A stretch of 64,000 nucleotides of DNA from Candidatus Adlerbacteria bacterium (GCA_963749085.1 CAVVLG010000003.1:5432-69431); one strand, 5' to 3'. Shown: positions 1 through 11,521, numbered from the stretch's first letter. The notes: generated by a model from the letters alone, not told the origin. Made by a program: numbers and translations.

Positions 1-474
1 TGAGGGGACTTCAATGAGCTGTCTTGAGGCCGGTCAACCGGTCCTCTCAGCCGGTGCCAATTATACACCATCTATGCCCATTCTGTCAAGTAACGCCGAG
101 AAGATGCTTGATATTGCGTGGGTAAACCTCTCTGGCCTATGCGAGGAGGTGCTCGTGTTCATTATGAGTCTGGAACTCAAAGAACCATATGTAATATGGC
201 GCATACCGGAAGAAAAACGAGCGCAGCATAATTGGAAGAGGTATAGAATTGCACATCGAGATTATCCTGAAGCGCATATTTCCACCTCATAAAAGTTCGA
301 ATCCCTGCGCCCTCCTCTAGCTTTTTCAAAAAAGTACTGCGTAAAAACGCCTAAGAATAAGGTCTTAACATAGGCCCGATAAAAAAGACTACGAGCGGAG
401 GCGTAGTCATCCGAACCGTCGGCATAGTCGCTACGCCATCTGGCTTAAAATATAGTCTTTATGTTTTTGGGTTC

Positions 475-1062
475 TTGGTTCGAATCCTCAAGACCTCAAA
501 AAAGGCCGCCCAGTTATCCATGAGATACGAGATTTATACGCGGATGGATATTCCTGGACAATTTTGTATATCCTTAATTCTATGGTATAGTTCTTCCCAG
601 CCTTTGATCTTTGAGGAGAGCATCGTGAGCACATACCAGACGCGTCGCCAACACCTCATGGATTTGGGGTTCAGCGACAAGACCATCGAAATATGGGAGA
701 AACAGACGCCAAAACTGTTCTCCGAGGAGTTCGTGAACGCCAAACTACGATATGGACGCAAGTTGAGCAGGTTCGGAGTGGATGGGGTCGCCCTCGCAAG
801 GGCGTTCCCGCCGCTCCTCGGATACAGCATCAAGCGTATCCGACTGCTTGCCCGCATCATCTTCTCCTTGGAGGATGGTGATGCGGCGGCATTCCTTTCA
901 CTCATAACGAAGGAACCGCTTTCGGTTGTTGCCGGACAGTTGAGCACCAACCGATTGACCAAGCAGGGCCTTCAGCAGAGTATCCGCATACGGAAGGGAC
1001 GAAACGAGGTGACCCGGACCCCGTATTTTAGACAGGTGGTCGAAATTAACAGGCATAATTAG
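475..1062 (+). CDS. hypothetical protein; its C-terminal codons run into the IS3 left end, so it may be truncated
   Basis: 195-aa ORF with no recognisable motif. The last ~15 codons overlap the predicted IS terminal repeat. Confidence 0.25.
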   Translation: MVRILKTSKKAAQLSMRYEIYTRMDIPGQFCISLILWYSSSQPLIFEESIVSTYQTRRQHLMDLGFSDKTIEIWEKQTPKLFSEEFVNAKLRYGRKLSRFGVDGVALARAFPPLLGYSIKRIRLLARIIFSLEDGDAAAFLSLITKEPLSVVAGQLSTNRLTKQGLQQSIRIRKGRNEVTRTPYFRQVVEINRHN

Positions 1063-1065
1063 CAC

Positions 1066-1326
1066 ATGAGCAAAAGAGGACACCACTTAGCAGCAGAAGT
1101 GAAAGCAGATATCGTTCGCAGGATCAAGGAAGAAGGGGTGCCGGTGGCCCAGGCAGCCAAGGAGCACGGCGTGCACGACTCCACCATCTACGGATGGCTG
1201 GGTGCGGGCTCTCAAGGAGCGCCGACGTTCTCGGAGTTCTCACGGATCCAAAAGCAGAACAAAGAACTTCTCGAGATCGTTGGAGAGATGACGCTCAAAC
1301 TCTCCCAGTCCCAAAAAAAGAATTGA
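1066..1326 (+). CDS. IS3-family transposase OrfA (helix-turn-helix)
   Basis: 86-aa ORF with an HTH-like VAQAAKEHGVHDSTIYGW segment and a leucine-zipper-like C-terminus. It ends just after an A7G run. Confidence 0.85.
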   Translation: MSKRGHHLAAEVKADIVRRIKEEGVPVAQAAKEHGVHDSTIYGWLGAGSQGAPTFSEFSRIQKQNKELLEIVGEMTLKLSQSQKKN

Positions 1327-2144
1327 AAGAAGAAAAGAAGCTGGGCCGCAGCGAGCTGGCCCGAAGCCTCGGCATCTCACGCTCCACGCTCTACTACTCC
1401 CCGAGGAAGGAAACCCGCGATTGGTCATTGAAAGTGAAGATTGAGGAAGCGCTGCGACAGCATCCCAGTTACGGCTCAAGGAGGATTGCCCTGCATCTCC
1501 GCCTAAATCGAAAAGGAGTGCGACGGGTCATGCGCCGCTTCGGCATCAAGCCCTACCGCAGACATGGCAGGAAATACCTTGTGAAGAAACGGGTTCCGGT
1601 CATCTACGCCAACCTGCTCGTCACCACCATGCCGGTATATCCTGACCATATCTGGGCGACCGACTTCACCGAACTGAAGCATCACGGGCACAAAGTGTAC
1701 GTCGCCACGGTAGAGGATCTCTACACCAGAAAAATCGTCGGCGTTACGGTAGCGCTGAGGAAAGGAGCACCGCTCAGCTTGCAAGCACTGCACGGTGCAC
1801 TGCTGCATCACCCACACCCGGAAATCTTCCACAGCGACAACGGCAAAGAGTACACCGCTAAAGTATTCGTCGCAACGCTTCAGCGGGTGGGATGCCTCAT
1901 TTCACGTAGCCATCCGGGTTGCCCATGGGAGAACGGGTACCAAGAAAGTTTCTACGACAAGTTCAAAGTGGACTTGGGAGACCCCAACCGCTTCAAAACG
2001 CTCGGTGAACTGGTGGCGGAGGTCTACCGCACCATCTGGGAGTACAATCACACGCGCATCCATTCCGCGCTCAGGATGTCGCCCGCAGAGTTCGCAGAAA
2101 AAGCACAGAAATCCCAATTAAAAGCACTTCGACTCGCTGTATGA
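1194..2144 (+). CDS. IS3-family transposase OrfB (integrase core, DDE); probably expressed as an OrfAB fusion by -1 frameshift
   Basis: Carries WATDFTELK, HSDNGKEYTA and the CPWENGYQESF integrase-core motifs. Its reading frame is -1 relative to OrfA. Confidence 0.85.
   Translation: MAGCGLSRSADVLGVLTDPKAEQRTSRDRWRDDAQTLPVPKKELKEEKKLGRSELARSLGISRSTLYYSPRKETRDWSLKVKIEEALRQHPSYGSRRIALHLRLNRKGVRRVMRRFGIKPYRRHGRKYLVKKRVPVIYANLLVTTMPVYPDHIWATDFTELKHHGHKVYVATVEDLYTRKIVGVTVALRKGAPLSLQALHGALLHHPHPEIFHSDNGKEYTAKVFVATLQRVGCLISRSHPGCPWENGYQESFYDKFKVDLGDPNRFKTLGELVAEVYRTIWEYNHTRIHSALRMSPAEFAEKAQKSQLKALRLAV
1314..1320 (+). promoter_or_regulatory. programmed -1 ribosomal frameshift slippery heptamer A_AAA_AAG
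   Basis: The heptamer sits in the OrfA zero frame (caa aaa aag), exactly where the OrfB frame overlaps. Confidence 0.6.
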
Positions 2145-2432
2145 CAAATGGGGTCCTTTACACGGTGTCCCCGCCGCATTGATTTTCTCGCCTAATTCGT
2201 TCATCACTTTCGGGTCGTTAGTATCCTTCCCTTGCGATTCGGCATCTACAATCATTTTGTCGGCCAAATCCGCTTTCATTTTTAGCGTTTCTAAAAAGAA
2301 AACATCTTCATCTTTAATCTTCACTAGATTCTCCAGTCCGAGTTGCGCGGCACGATATTTCCCATTCATGGCATTGGGACGAGAGTACAAATCTGCCTTG
2401 ATAAGCTCCCCCGGATTCAATTCTCCCTTCAT
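2118..2432 (-). pseudogene. hypothetical ORF whose 3' end is IS3-derived; probably interrupted by the IS insertion
   Basis: The C-terminal ~17 codons (GTPCKGPHLSYSESKCF) lie inside the IS right end. Upstream of that is a helical, repeat-like sequence. Confidence 0.3.
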
Positions 2433-2734
2433 AAAATCATCTTAGCTTAAAGATGGGAACTTGAGTACTCGGGTCTGTCCGATACAAAAGTCTTCGGGCG
2501 GTCTACTTGATTGTCCTTTTTGATGTATAGTGCAGGTAGTAAATAGTGTGAAGGACCTACCCCTAATGGCTTATCTGCTAGGCAAGGTTAAGAATCGTAA
2601 TCGATAGAAAACCCGTCATTCAGGGCGTCGATTACGTTATGTGGGGAAACTCACATATGAGTCGCAAGGCTCACCTGGTGGCGGGCTTTGTGTATCAAAA
2701 CAAGCCTCCAGCATTAAAGGCTAAATAGATTGAG

Positions 2735-3775
2735 ATGAAAAAATATTTTGTAGCCGGGGTAGTTATCGCAGTTTTGCTTCCAGTTTTTGTATTTGCACAA
2801 ACGGCTTCATTCAACACCAATCTTTACTACGGAATCACAGGGAGCACCGATGTGTCCGCTCTCCAAGAATTTCTTACACAACAGGGTGCTTATCATGGTC
2901 CAACTAGTGGCAATTTCTTTTCGCTCACTCTTAGCGGGGTAAAAACATTTCAAAAGGCAGAGGGCATAACTCCTGTTTCCGGCTATGTAGGGCCAGTAAC
3001 GCGCGGGGTGATAAATAAAATTCTCGCTGGGCAAGTATCCAGCTCGGAGGGAAATGCCACAACCACGCAAGCACCGGTGGATTTGTCTCAGCAAACAAAT
3101 CAAGCAACCACTACATACACTCCAAATATTCCGCAATCTGTTACATATCTCTGTCCTACAGGAGATTCAGGAACATATCCAAATTGCATTGCTCCACAAT
3201 GTCCCCAATTTTACACCGGCACCTATCCAAACTGCGTAGCACTACAGTGTCCAAGCGGTTACACAGGCACCTATCCTAGTTGCGTTGCTCCCACACAAAC
3301 AACGATGCAGTGTCCCGCAGGTGAAACAGGTACATATCCGAATTGCACCACCACCGCCGTTGTTAGCCAAATCCCAGCGCCTACTTGTGAACTAACAGCT
3401 GCAACTACGCCATATAGCTACGCAACCGATAGTTTGACTATCGGTTGGACTACGCAAAACGCGAATACTGGAACTCTCTCAGGAGATTATTTATTGTTCT
3501 CTAATCCTCTCGCCACACAACCCATCCACGATTACTCAATTCAGAACTCCACAGCCGAAAATGCTACGGCAGAGTCAATTCCAACCTTGGCTTTACCTCC
3601 TAGCCCAGCCCTTGGTGGGGGTAACTGCAATGCCTCAAACACCTCTATTGCAAATGGAATTACATATTGCGGTGGAGCAGTCAGTGGAGGGGCTACCATT
3701 AACTCAGGCTATTACAGAGACCTCAGTTTGCAGCAGACAACGTGGCCTCTTCTACAGCAACTAACGGGATGGTAG
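2735..3775 (+). CDS. secreted protein: signal peptide, peptidoglycan-binding-like domain and Cys-containing TGTYPNC tandem repeats
   Basis: N-terminal hydrophobic signal. A PG_binding_1-like segment (LQEFLTQQGAY...GPVTRGVINKIL) is followed by five or more repeats of the form CP.G.TGTYPNC. Confidence 0.6.
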   Translation: MKKYFVAGVVIAVLLPVFVFAQTASFNTNLYYGITGSTDVSALQEFLTQQGAYHGPTSGNFFSLTLSGVKTFQKAEGITPVSGYVGPVTRGVINKILAGQVSSSEGNATTTQAPVDLSQQTNQATTTYTPNIPQSVTYLCPTGDSGTYPNCIAPQCPQFYTGTYPNCVALQCPSGYTGTYPSCVAPTQTTMQCPAGETGTYPNCTTTAVVSQIPAPTCELTAATTPYSYATDSLTIGWTTQNANTGTLSGDYLLFSNPLATQPIHDYSIQNSTAENATAESIPTLALPPSPALGGGNCNASNTSIANGITYCGGAVSGGATINSGYYRDLSLQQTTWPLLQQLTGW

Positions 3776-3909
3776 AAATTTCTAATTGGACACCAACCAT
3801 TACCCTAAATGTACAAGGAAATGGTGGGAGTGGCTCATGCAGTCTTACTGTTACGAGCCCAAATCCGTGGTAAACAATCGGCAAATAGACACAACGTGCC
3901 AATAATTTT

Positions 3910-4767
3910 ATGAATAAAAACACAGTGATTGGGGTTATTGTAGTCGTTGCAATTATCGCAGTTGCGGTCGCATACTCTGCTGGCCAAAACTCAAATAGTA
4001 CCGCACAACCAGCGAGTACACCGAGCACATCTCTGGCTCCGGACACCGCGTCTGTTGACATAGCTACCACAACTTTTTATATACAGTCGAATGCGAATGC
4101 ACGGAGCTGTGGTGATTTATCATGCAGTGTACTCGATACTTGGTCTATAAATAGCTCCATTACTAGAGTGGCGCCGACAACTCTTGCTGCTTTACCTGAA
4201 TGGGTAAGTTATCCACTAGAGGATTGGGATTACAACCATGGTGCGAGTCGACAATATACAACAGGTTACATAAATAAAATTAATTTGGGGATATATCCTG
4301 TCGTAATCAGCCAGACCGCCCCCTCTAAATCAACGGGACAATCTGCTAGTACACCCACATCTGCTGCGCAGCAGACGTCAACCTACATTGTGCCGACTCA
4401 ACCATCATCATTGAACATAGATGCCAATATTGTTACAAATAGCGCACCTTGTGAAGCAATAGCAAATGAAGGTGCTCAAAGTGAAGAAGCATTAGGTATT
4501 TACCAAACTATTTCTGTAAGTCAGGCACACCTGAAGGAACAGATTTCCAATGGTAACAGTTCTTATGAATGTTTTTACCAAATTAATTACTCTTTTGAGG
4601 GATACAACGGCGAGACAACGGGAACGGAAATCATGGCTGCACCCAATAATACTACTGTCGCCTACTGTAATTACACAGCAGCGGGCGGGACGGCCTGTCA
4701 GGAAGGTTCGGCGTCTATAACTGAGTCAGTATTTAATTTGATTGACGCGAACTTACTTACAAACTAG
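3910..4767 (+). CDS. membrane-anchored Ser/Thr-rich surface protein, hypothetical
   Basis: N-terminal transmembrane helix (VIGVIVVVAIIAVAVAY) followed by low-complexity S/T/A/Q-rich sequence. Confidence 0.5.
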   Translation: MNKNTVIGVIVVVAIIAVAVAYSAGQNSNSTAQPASTPSTSLAPDTASVDIATTTFYIQSNANARSCGDLSCSVLDTWSINSSITRVAPTTLAALPEWVSYPLEDWDYNHGASRQYTTGYINKINLGIYPVVISQTAPSKSTGQSASTPTSAAQQTSTYIVPTQPSSLNIDANIVTNSAPCEAIANEGAQSEEALGIYQTISVSQAHLKEQISNGNSSYECFYQINYSFEGYNGETTGTEIMAAPNNTTVAYCNYTAAGGTACQEGSASITESVFNLIDANLLTN

Positions 4768-4852
4768 TGCCCCTGAACGGAGGCTTTATGGTCTTAACCT
4801 ATGCGATATTGGCTGCCTAATCTCTAAGGGTGTAGGATGAGCTTACTAAAGC

Positions 4853-6106
4853 ATGGCAAAAAAAGTTTTTTTCTCTTGGCAAGCTGATACTCCACTAGAC
4901 ACTGGGCGAACCTTTTTGCGTGAGGCACTGGAAGAAGCCTGCAAAGAGCTGGGTGGTAACGACGTGACGGAGGCAGAACGCGATGAACTAGTCGTTGAAA
5001 GTGACACTGAGGGTGAGGCAGGCCAACCGCCCATCATGGACACCATACTGGCAAAAATAGACGCTGCGGCAGTAGTCGTGGCAGATATGACATTTACTGG
5101 GACGCGGTTAGATGGTCGGCCAACTCCAAACGCTAATGTGCTGATTGAATACGGATGGGCCTTAAAGTCATTGGGTCATCGCCGAGTCGTTACGATTATG
5201 AATGAGGCATTTGGCAAGGCGACACGCGAATCTTTGCCGTTTGATTTATCGCATATGCGTTTTCCTGTGCGGTTCACTCTCCCAGAGAATGCTACTGCAG
5301 CGGAAAGAACTCAAATAAAACGTAAGCTTGTGGGCACGTTAAAATTGGCAATAGGTACGAGTCTTGCTACAGTGCCAACCCCAACTGTCGAACCGCCCCC
5401 TGGTTTCCCGCAGGCGGCCATCAAGAATGGGCCAGCCCGTTTTCGAAGCAAAGGAGAAGCCATTGGTATCGAAGACGGTCTTCTTTCTGATGAGCCTAAA
5501 GAGATTTTTCTTGCAGATGGCCCGGCCATGTGGCTTAGGCTTATGCCAGAAACCCCACTGGAAAAAGAGTGGTTAACGTATGACATGAAGCAACTTCTAC
5601 TGCAGGGGAATGCCCTTACGCTGGTTCCAATGATATTAGGGTCAGGATGGAACCCGCTGCGTGCCGAGGATGGTATTGGAGTGTATGAGAATGGCATCAG
5701 CAGGACTAACGCACCCAACTCTCTAGAAGTCGACGATGTTGCCTTTGCCTTTAAAACGGGCGAGATATGGAGCATCGATACGGGATTATTGTCCTCAGAT
5801 GAGACACGAGTACCGTTTGTGGAGTCTTATTACGTGCAGCGCATTAAAAATTATGCACAATTCCTTCAACTATTGGGCGCCCAACCACCTTACCGTTGGA
5901 TTGCGGGACTCACTGGTGTGCAGAAAAGGGGGTTGAGCAGACCCGATACACAGACTCAACGATTTATTAATTCAAAACTTATTTGTTTGAGCGATACCAT
6001 TGAGGCGCAGGGTGCCTATGATGGGAAGGAGGACGCTGTAGAAGCACTTATGCCCTTCTTTAGGAAGATATTCGAAGCTGGCGGGGTGCCACGCCCTAAT
6101 TATTAG
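4853..6106 (+). CDS. TIR-like (ThsB/DUF1863-type) N-terminal domain protein with an unknown ~250-aa C-terminal domain
   Basis: The N-terminus MAKKVFFSWQAD closely mirrors Bacillus ThsB MAKRVFFSFHYQD. A second conserved block (AAVVVADMT...NANVLIEYGWALKSLGHRRVVTIMNE) matches the TIR-like alpha/beta core. The C-terminal half has no recognisable motif. Confidence 0.6.
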   Translation: MAKKVFFSWQADTPLDTGRTFLREALEEACKELGGNDVTEAERDELVVESDTEGEAGQPPIMDTILAKIDAAAVVVADMTFTGTRLDGRPTPNANVLIEYGWALKSLGHRRVVTIMNEAFGKATRESLPFDLSHMRFPVRFTLPENATAAERTQIKRKLVGTLKLAIGTSLATVPTPTVEPPPGFPQAAIKNGPARFRSKGEAIGIEDGLLSDEPKEIFLADGPAMWLRLMPETPLEKEWLTYDMKQLLLQGNALTLVPMILGSGWNPLRAEDGIGVYENGISRTNAPNSLEVDDVAFAFKTGEIWSIDTGLLSSDETRVPFVESYYVQRIKNYAQFLQLLGAQPPYRWIAGLTGVQKRGLSRPDTQTQRFINSKLICLSDTIEAQGAYDGKEDAVEALMPFFRKIFEAGGVPRPNY

Positions 6107-6611
6107 GCTTTGAAGTCATTATATCTTCCACTGTGATACCTGCCCGTTTGATAATTTGATATTTTGCCTCACTTGAGAGGTAGGGCTGCCGTATGAGCTT
6201 GGAAAGCCGCCGCGCTTGTCTAGATGGTTGTGGATACGGCAAGCGGCAACAAATGCGACAGAGTGGCGCTTCAAGCATGGAGTACTGGTAAAGATACTTT
6301 ACTCGCCGATAACAGCCATTACAGCGGAAATAGAAGATAAATCCGCGCCGCAGGTTTGAGGGTAGAAAATCAACCTTTTGCTCGTGCCAGAAAGGACGAC
6401 CGTCCCCAAAAACGTCCCGTACCGACTTAAAAGCCGTGTTTGCGGGATTATTCATCGTCTCCACCATATATTCAACGTTACCGCGATGTCTGGTATCAAA
6501 TACGCGCCCCTGAGTATTCCTCATGTAGAACACAAAAGCCCTCACATAGTCGGTAATGTCCTTGCGGTCGAGGATAGTTATTGCTGGTTTCTTCTTCTGC
6601 TGGCCGTACAT
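6096..6611 (-). CDS. Cys-rich hypothetical protein (zinc-ribbon-like CNGC...CRICC)
   Basis: 171-aa ORF convergent with, and overlapping by 11 nt, the TIR-like gene. It has two Cys pairs about 25 residues apart. Confidence 0.45.
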   Translation of the reverse strand: MYGQQKKKPAITILDRKDITDYVRAFVFYMRNTQGRVFDTRHRGNVEYMVETMNNPANTAFKSVRDVFGDGRPFWHEQKVDFLPSNLRRGFIFYFRCNGCYRRVKYLYQYSMLEAPLCRICCRLPYPQPSRQARRLSKLIRQPYLSSEAKYQIIKRAGITVEDIMTSKPNN

Positions 6612-6847
6612 AATTGCTAAGTAACCTCTAAGGTTTTTATTATGAAAAAATCAATAAATCAAATCTGCCCCTGTGATATTTATGCAGGTATAAGAGCCTC
6701 TAGTTCCTGTATACTGGTTTTAATCCAATCACGGTGGTTTGCCAGTTCGGAAAGCCAACCTAATGGGTCTGGCCTTTTACCAAATTAGTGGCATTAAAAA
6801 GAGGCCTAGAAATAAGGGCACCTGAGTCTGCCGATACTAAATAATCT

Positions 6848-6935
6848 TGGCGGAGGCGGAGAGATTCGAACTCTCGGTGGGTTGCCCCACACACGCTTTC
6901 CAAGCGTGCGCACTAGACCGCTATGCGACGCCTCC
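6848..6935 (-). tRNA. tRNA-Ser (anticodon GGA), type II with long variable arm and encoded CCA
   Basis: Hand fold: acceptor GGAGGCG/CGCCTCC, 3-bp D stem, anticodon stem CACGC/GCGTG, loop TTGGAAA. Long variable arm, T-arm GAGAG-TTCGAAT-CTCTC, discriminator G followed by CCA. Confidence 0.85.
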
Positions 6936-6981
6936 GTAAAGACAACCTTAGCAAATCCCGCGCTGTTAGGCGAGAGATTTC

Positions 6982-7590
6982 TTATAGTCCGAAATTCTTT
7001 TTGATTTCAGGTTTTAACTTAGTAAGAGCCAACACGCGCTGGCTTATCTGTGCATGCTCCACCTCGGTCAGTTCGGAGCGGATTTTATTAAATCTAGGTA
7101 TGTACAGGACTGCGTCAAAGGGGACGCCCTTTTGGGAGATACGAGATGCTTCAAACGGTATGTATCCTTCGGTGGAATCTTTAGCGAGGTGTACGGCGCC
7201 TTGGCTGTCTATAAAAGCCATGACCATACGAAACCGAGCTGTTCTTTTCTCCCACGGTATGCCGAGCATTTTATCGATGGTGTAATCGATCAATTCCTTA
7301 TCAGTAACATTCTCATCACCTGTCTTCCACCGGCGACTGTATATTCCCGGTTCGCCGTTGAGATAATCGATCTCAAGACCGCCGTCATCAGCGACGCACG
7401 GTAAACCGGATTGTTGAAAATAAGTTTGGGCTTTGAGAATTGCGTTGTCCTCAAAGGACTTCCCCGTTTCTTCAATGGAGTGCAAGCCTAGGTCTGAAAG
7501 CGAAACAAGTTCGAGAGGTAACCCCTTCAGTTGCTCACGATATTGGCCAAATTTCCCTTCGTTGCTAGTCGCTACCAGAAGCTTGGGCAT
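6982..7590 (-). CDS. rdgB: non-canonical purine NTP pyrophosphatase (RdgB/Ham1 family)
   Basis: KLLVATSNEGKFGQY N-terminus and a Ham1-like core. Start taken at MPKLLV. Confidence 0.85.
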   Translation of the reverse strand: MPKLLVATSNEGKFGQYREQLKGLPLELVSLSDLGLHSIEETGKSFEDNAILKAQTYFQQSGLPCVADDGGLEIDYLNGEPGIYSRRWKTGDENVTDKELIDYTIDKMLGIPWEKRTARFRMVMAFIDSQGAVHLAKDSTEGYIPFEASRISQKGVPFDAVLYIPRFNKIRSELTEVEHAQISQRVLALTKLKPEIKKNFGL

Positions 7591-7659
7591 TAGAGGATTG
7601 TAGCAGAAAAGAAAAAACGGCCGGTCATGCAATGACTCAGCCGTAGCGCGATTGGTCGA

Positions 7660-7899
7660 TCAGCGATATCCCCTGCCTGAACCGCGGTGTTTTGAAATGC
7701 CATGCTGTATGCCGCCGTTTGGCTCATCGCGCAGTACGTCATGGATACTTCTTATGCGGGCTCTTTGAAACTTTTTTCGAGCTGCAAGCTCTTCGGTATA
7801 GGTCGGACCTTCGAAATCCTTGAACCTTTCCCAGCTCATTTCCTGCTGATCAGGCATTGATATTCCCTCCCTGCTTGGTCCAAAGCCACTATAACACAC
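7660..7899 (-). CDS. small hypothetical protein
   Basis: 79-aa ORF abutting the htpX stop. No recognisable motif. Confidence 0.3.
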   Translation of the reverse strand: MCYSGFGPSREGISMPDQQEMSWERFKDFEGPTYTEELAARKKFQRARIRSIHDVLRDEPNGGIQHGISKHRGSGRGYR

Positions 7900-8799
7900 T
7901 TAATTATCGCCTACAAGCGCCTTGATGCGGTCTTCAATGGGAGGGTGCGTGTTGAAAAGTTTTGCAATGCCGCTCATGGCTGCCTTGGCTCCGAACGGAT
8001 TGGAGATATACAGATGCGCGGTGGCATTGTTGGCATGGCGCATCGGCTGTGTATAGTTGCCGATTTTTCGCAGTGCGCTCGCCAAACCCTCGGGATAACG
8101 GGTGAGAAGTGCGCCGGAAGCGTCAGCCAGAAACTCGCGCTTGCGTGATATGGCGAGCTGGATGAGCATGGCAAGGATAGGGGACAAAACAATAAAAGCG
8201 ACGGCGACTATAGCTAAAAGGGGATTGTTTCCCTGTCTGTTTTTATTACTCCCACCGATGCCGAAAAACGATGCTCGTAAAAATAGATCTGCAACCAAGG
8301 TCACGATGCCGACTAAGACTACCGCGACGGTCGAGACGACCATGTCGCGGTTACCGACATGCGAGAGCTCGTGCGCAATAACCCCTTGGAGCTCATTCTC
8401 ATCCATCATGCCGAGGAGTCCGCTGGTGACTGCAAGCGCCGCGTGGCTGGGGTTGCGACCGGTAGCAAAGGCATTGGGCTGTGGGTCGTTGATGATATAG
8501 ACCTTTGGTTTGGGCAAACCCGCGGTAATAGCAAGATTTTCTACGATGCGATTGAGTTCGGCATACTGCGGGCCGTCCGCCGGCGTCGCCCGCGCCATTT
8601 TTATGACCAGCTTGTCGGAGAACCAGTAGCTGCCGATGTTCATTACGACCGCCAAAACGACCGCAAATACCAGGATGGCAATGTCGTCGTAATACCATGA
8701 AATCGCCCACCCCACGCCGATAACCACGCACAAAAACACGGCCATCAAAATCCATGTCCGGGCTATATTTTCGTCTTTGTGGGTATATAAAGTGGCCAT
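7900..8799 (-). CDS. htpX: zinc metalloprotease HtpX (M48 family)
   Basis: HELSHV zinc-binding motif, N-terminal transmembrane helices, PIEDRI C-terminus. Confidence 0.85.
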   Translation of the reverse strand: MATLYTHKDENIARTWILMAVFLCVVIGVGWAISWYYDDIAILVFAVVLAVVMNIGSYWFSDKLVIKMARATPADGPQYAELNRIVENLAITAGLPKPKVYIINDPQPNAFATGRNPSHAALAVTSGLLGMMDENELQGVIAHELSHVGNRDMVVSTVAVVLVGIVTLVADLFLRASFFGIGGSNKNRQGNNPLLAIVAVAFIVLSPILAMLIQLAISRKREFLADASGALLTRYPEGLASALRKIGNYTQPMRHANNATAHLYISNPFGAKAAMSGIAKLFNTHPPIEDRIKALVGDN

Positions 8800-8831
8800 A
8801 CGCTGGAACCTTACAAACTAGAACTATTCAG

Positions 8832-9392
8832 TTAAAACTTAACCGCAACCGGCTCGCGGGCAGCTTGGTCAGCCTGGTCTAGTTGGAAGAACTCCATGGA
8901 AGAGAAGTGGAACGTCGAGGCGAGAAAATTGCCAGGGAACGACTGCAGTGCGGTATTAAGGTCGCGCACATTGCCGTTGTAGAAGCGTCGTGCCGCTTGT
9001 ATTTTATTTTCTGTGTCTTCAAGTTCGCGCTGAAGTTCAAGAAAATTTTGGTTGGCCTTGAGATCAGGATAGGCCTCGGCGACGGCAAACAGCGATTTGA
9101 GCGCGCCCGAAAGCATATTCTCGGCGATTCCCTTTTGTGCGACGCCAGTCGCTCCAATGGCGGCTGTACGCGCCGCCGTTACACTCTCGAATACGCCTCT
9201 TTCGTGCGCCGCATAGCCTTTGACCGTTTCAACCAAGTTTGGGATGAGGTCATAGCGGCGCTTCAATTGCACATCGATATCCGCCCACGCCTCCCTTGCC
9301 CGCTGCACCATGCGCACGAAGTGGTTGTAGGCGAAAACGGCCCACAGCACGATAAGTACCACTACAACGACAATGACCCAGATGAGTGTCAT
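8832..9392 (-). CDS. lemA: LemA family protein
   Basis: N-terminal transmembrane helix followed by a LemA-like helical domain (QLKRRYDLIPNLVETVK). Confidence 0.8.
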   Translation of the reverse strand: MTLIWVIVVVVVLIVLWAVFAYNHFVRMVQRAREAWADIDVQLKRRYDLIPNLVETVKGYAAHERGVFESVTAARTAAIGATGVAQKGIAENMLSGALKSLFAVAEAYPDLKANQNFLELQRELEDTENKIQAARRFYNGNVRDLNTALQSFPGNFLASTFHFSSMEFFQLDQADQAAREPVAVKF

Positions 9393-9416
9393 GCCCGCAA
9401 TTTTACCATTTGGACA

Positions 9417-11437
<2,021 letters not shown>

Positions 11438-11521
11438 CGTGGAGGAAATGTACCGAAAAACCCTTACATAGTCAAGTTTCTTCTGTTGCAACTTTTCTGA
11501 GCTATGGTAGGCTGTGGGGCA

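Larger units (their letters stand above)
1012..2172 (+). mobile_element. IS3-family insertion sequence (ends approximate)
   Basis: OrfA (HTH) and OrfB (DDE integrase core) overlap in a -1 frame. An imperfect terminal inverted repeat starts TGACCCGGACCCCG at the left; the right end reads TGACAAATGGGGTCC in reverse complement. Confidence 0.7.

Noticed and set aside
296-500. Two GTTCGAATCC T-loop-like strings (about 300 and 487) that look like tRNA 3' halves and could be att remnants
   Set aside because: Neither folds into a T-stem plus acceptor stem. Flanking bases do not pair. Too weak to call a tRNA fragment.
11440-11503. Looked for a CIRCE (HrcA) operator upstream of groES
   Set aside because: No TTAGCACTC-N9-GAGTGCTAA-like inverted repeat is present.
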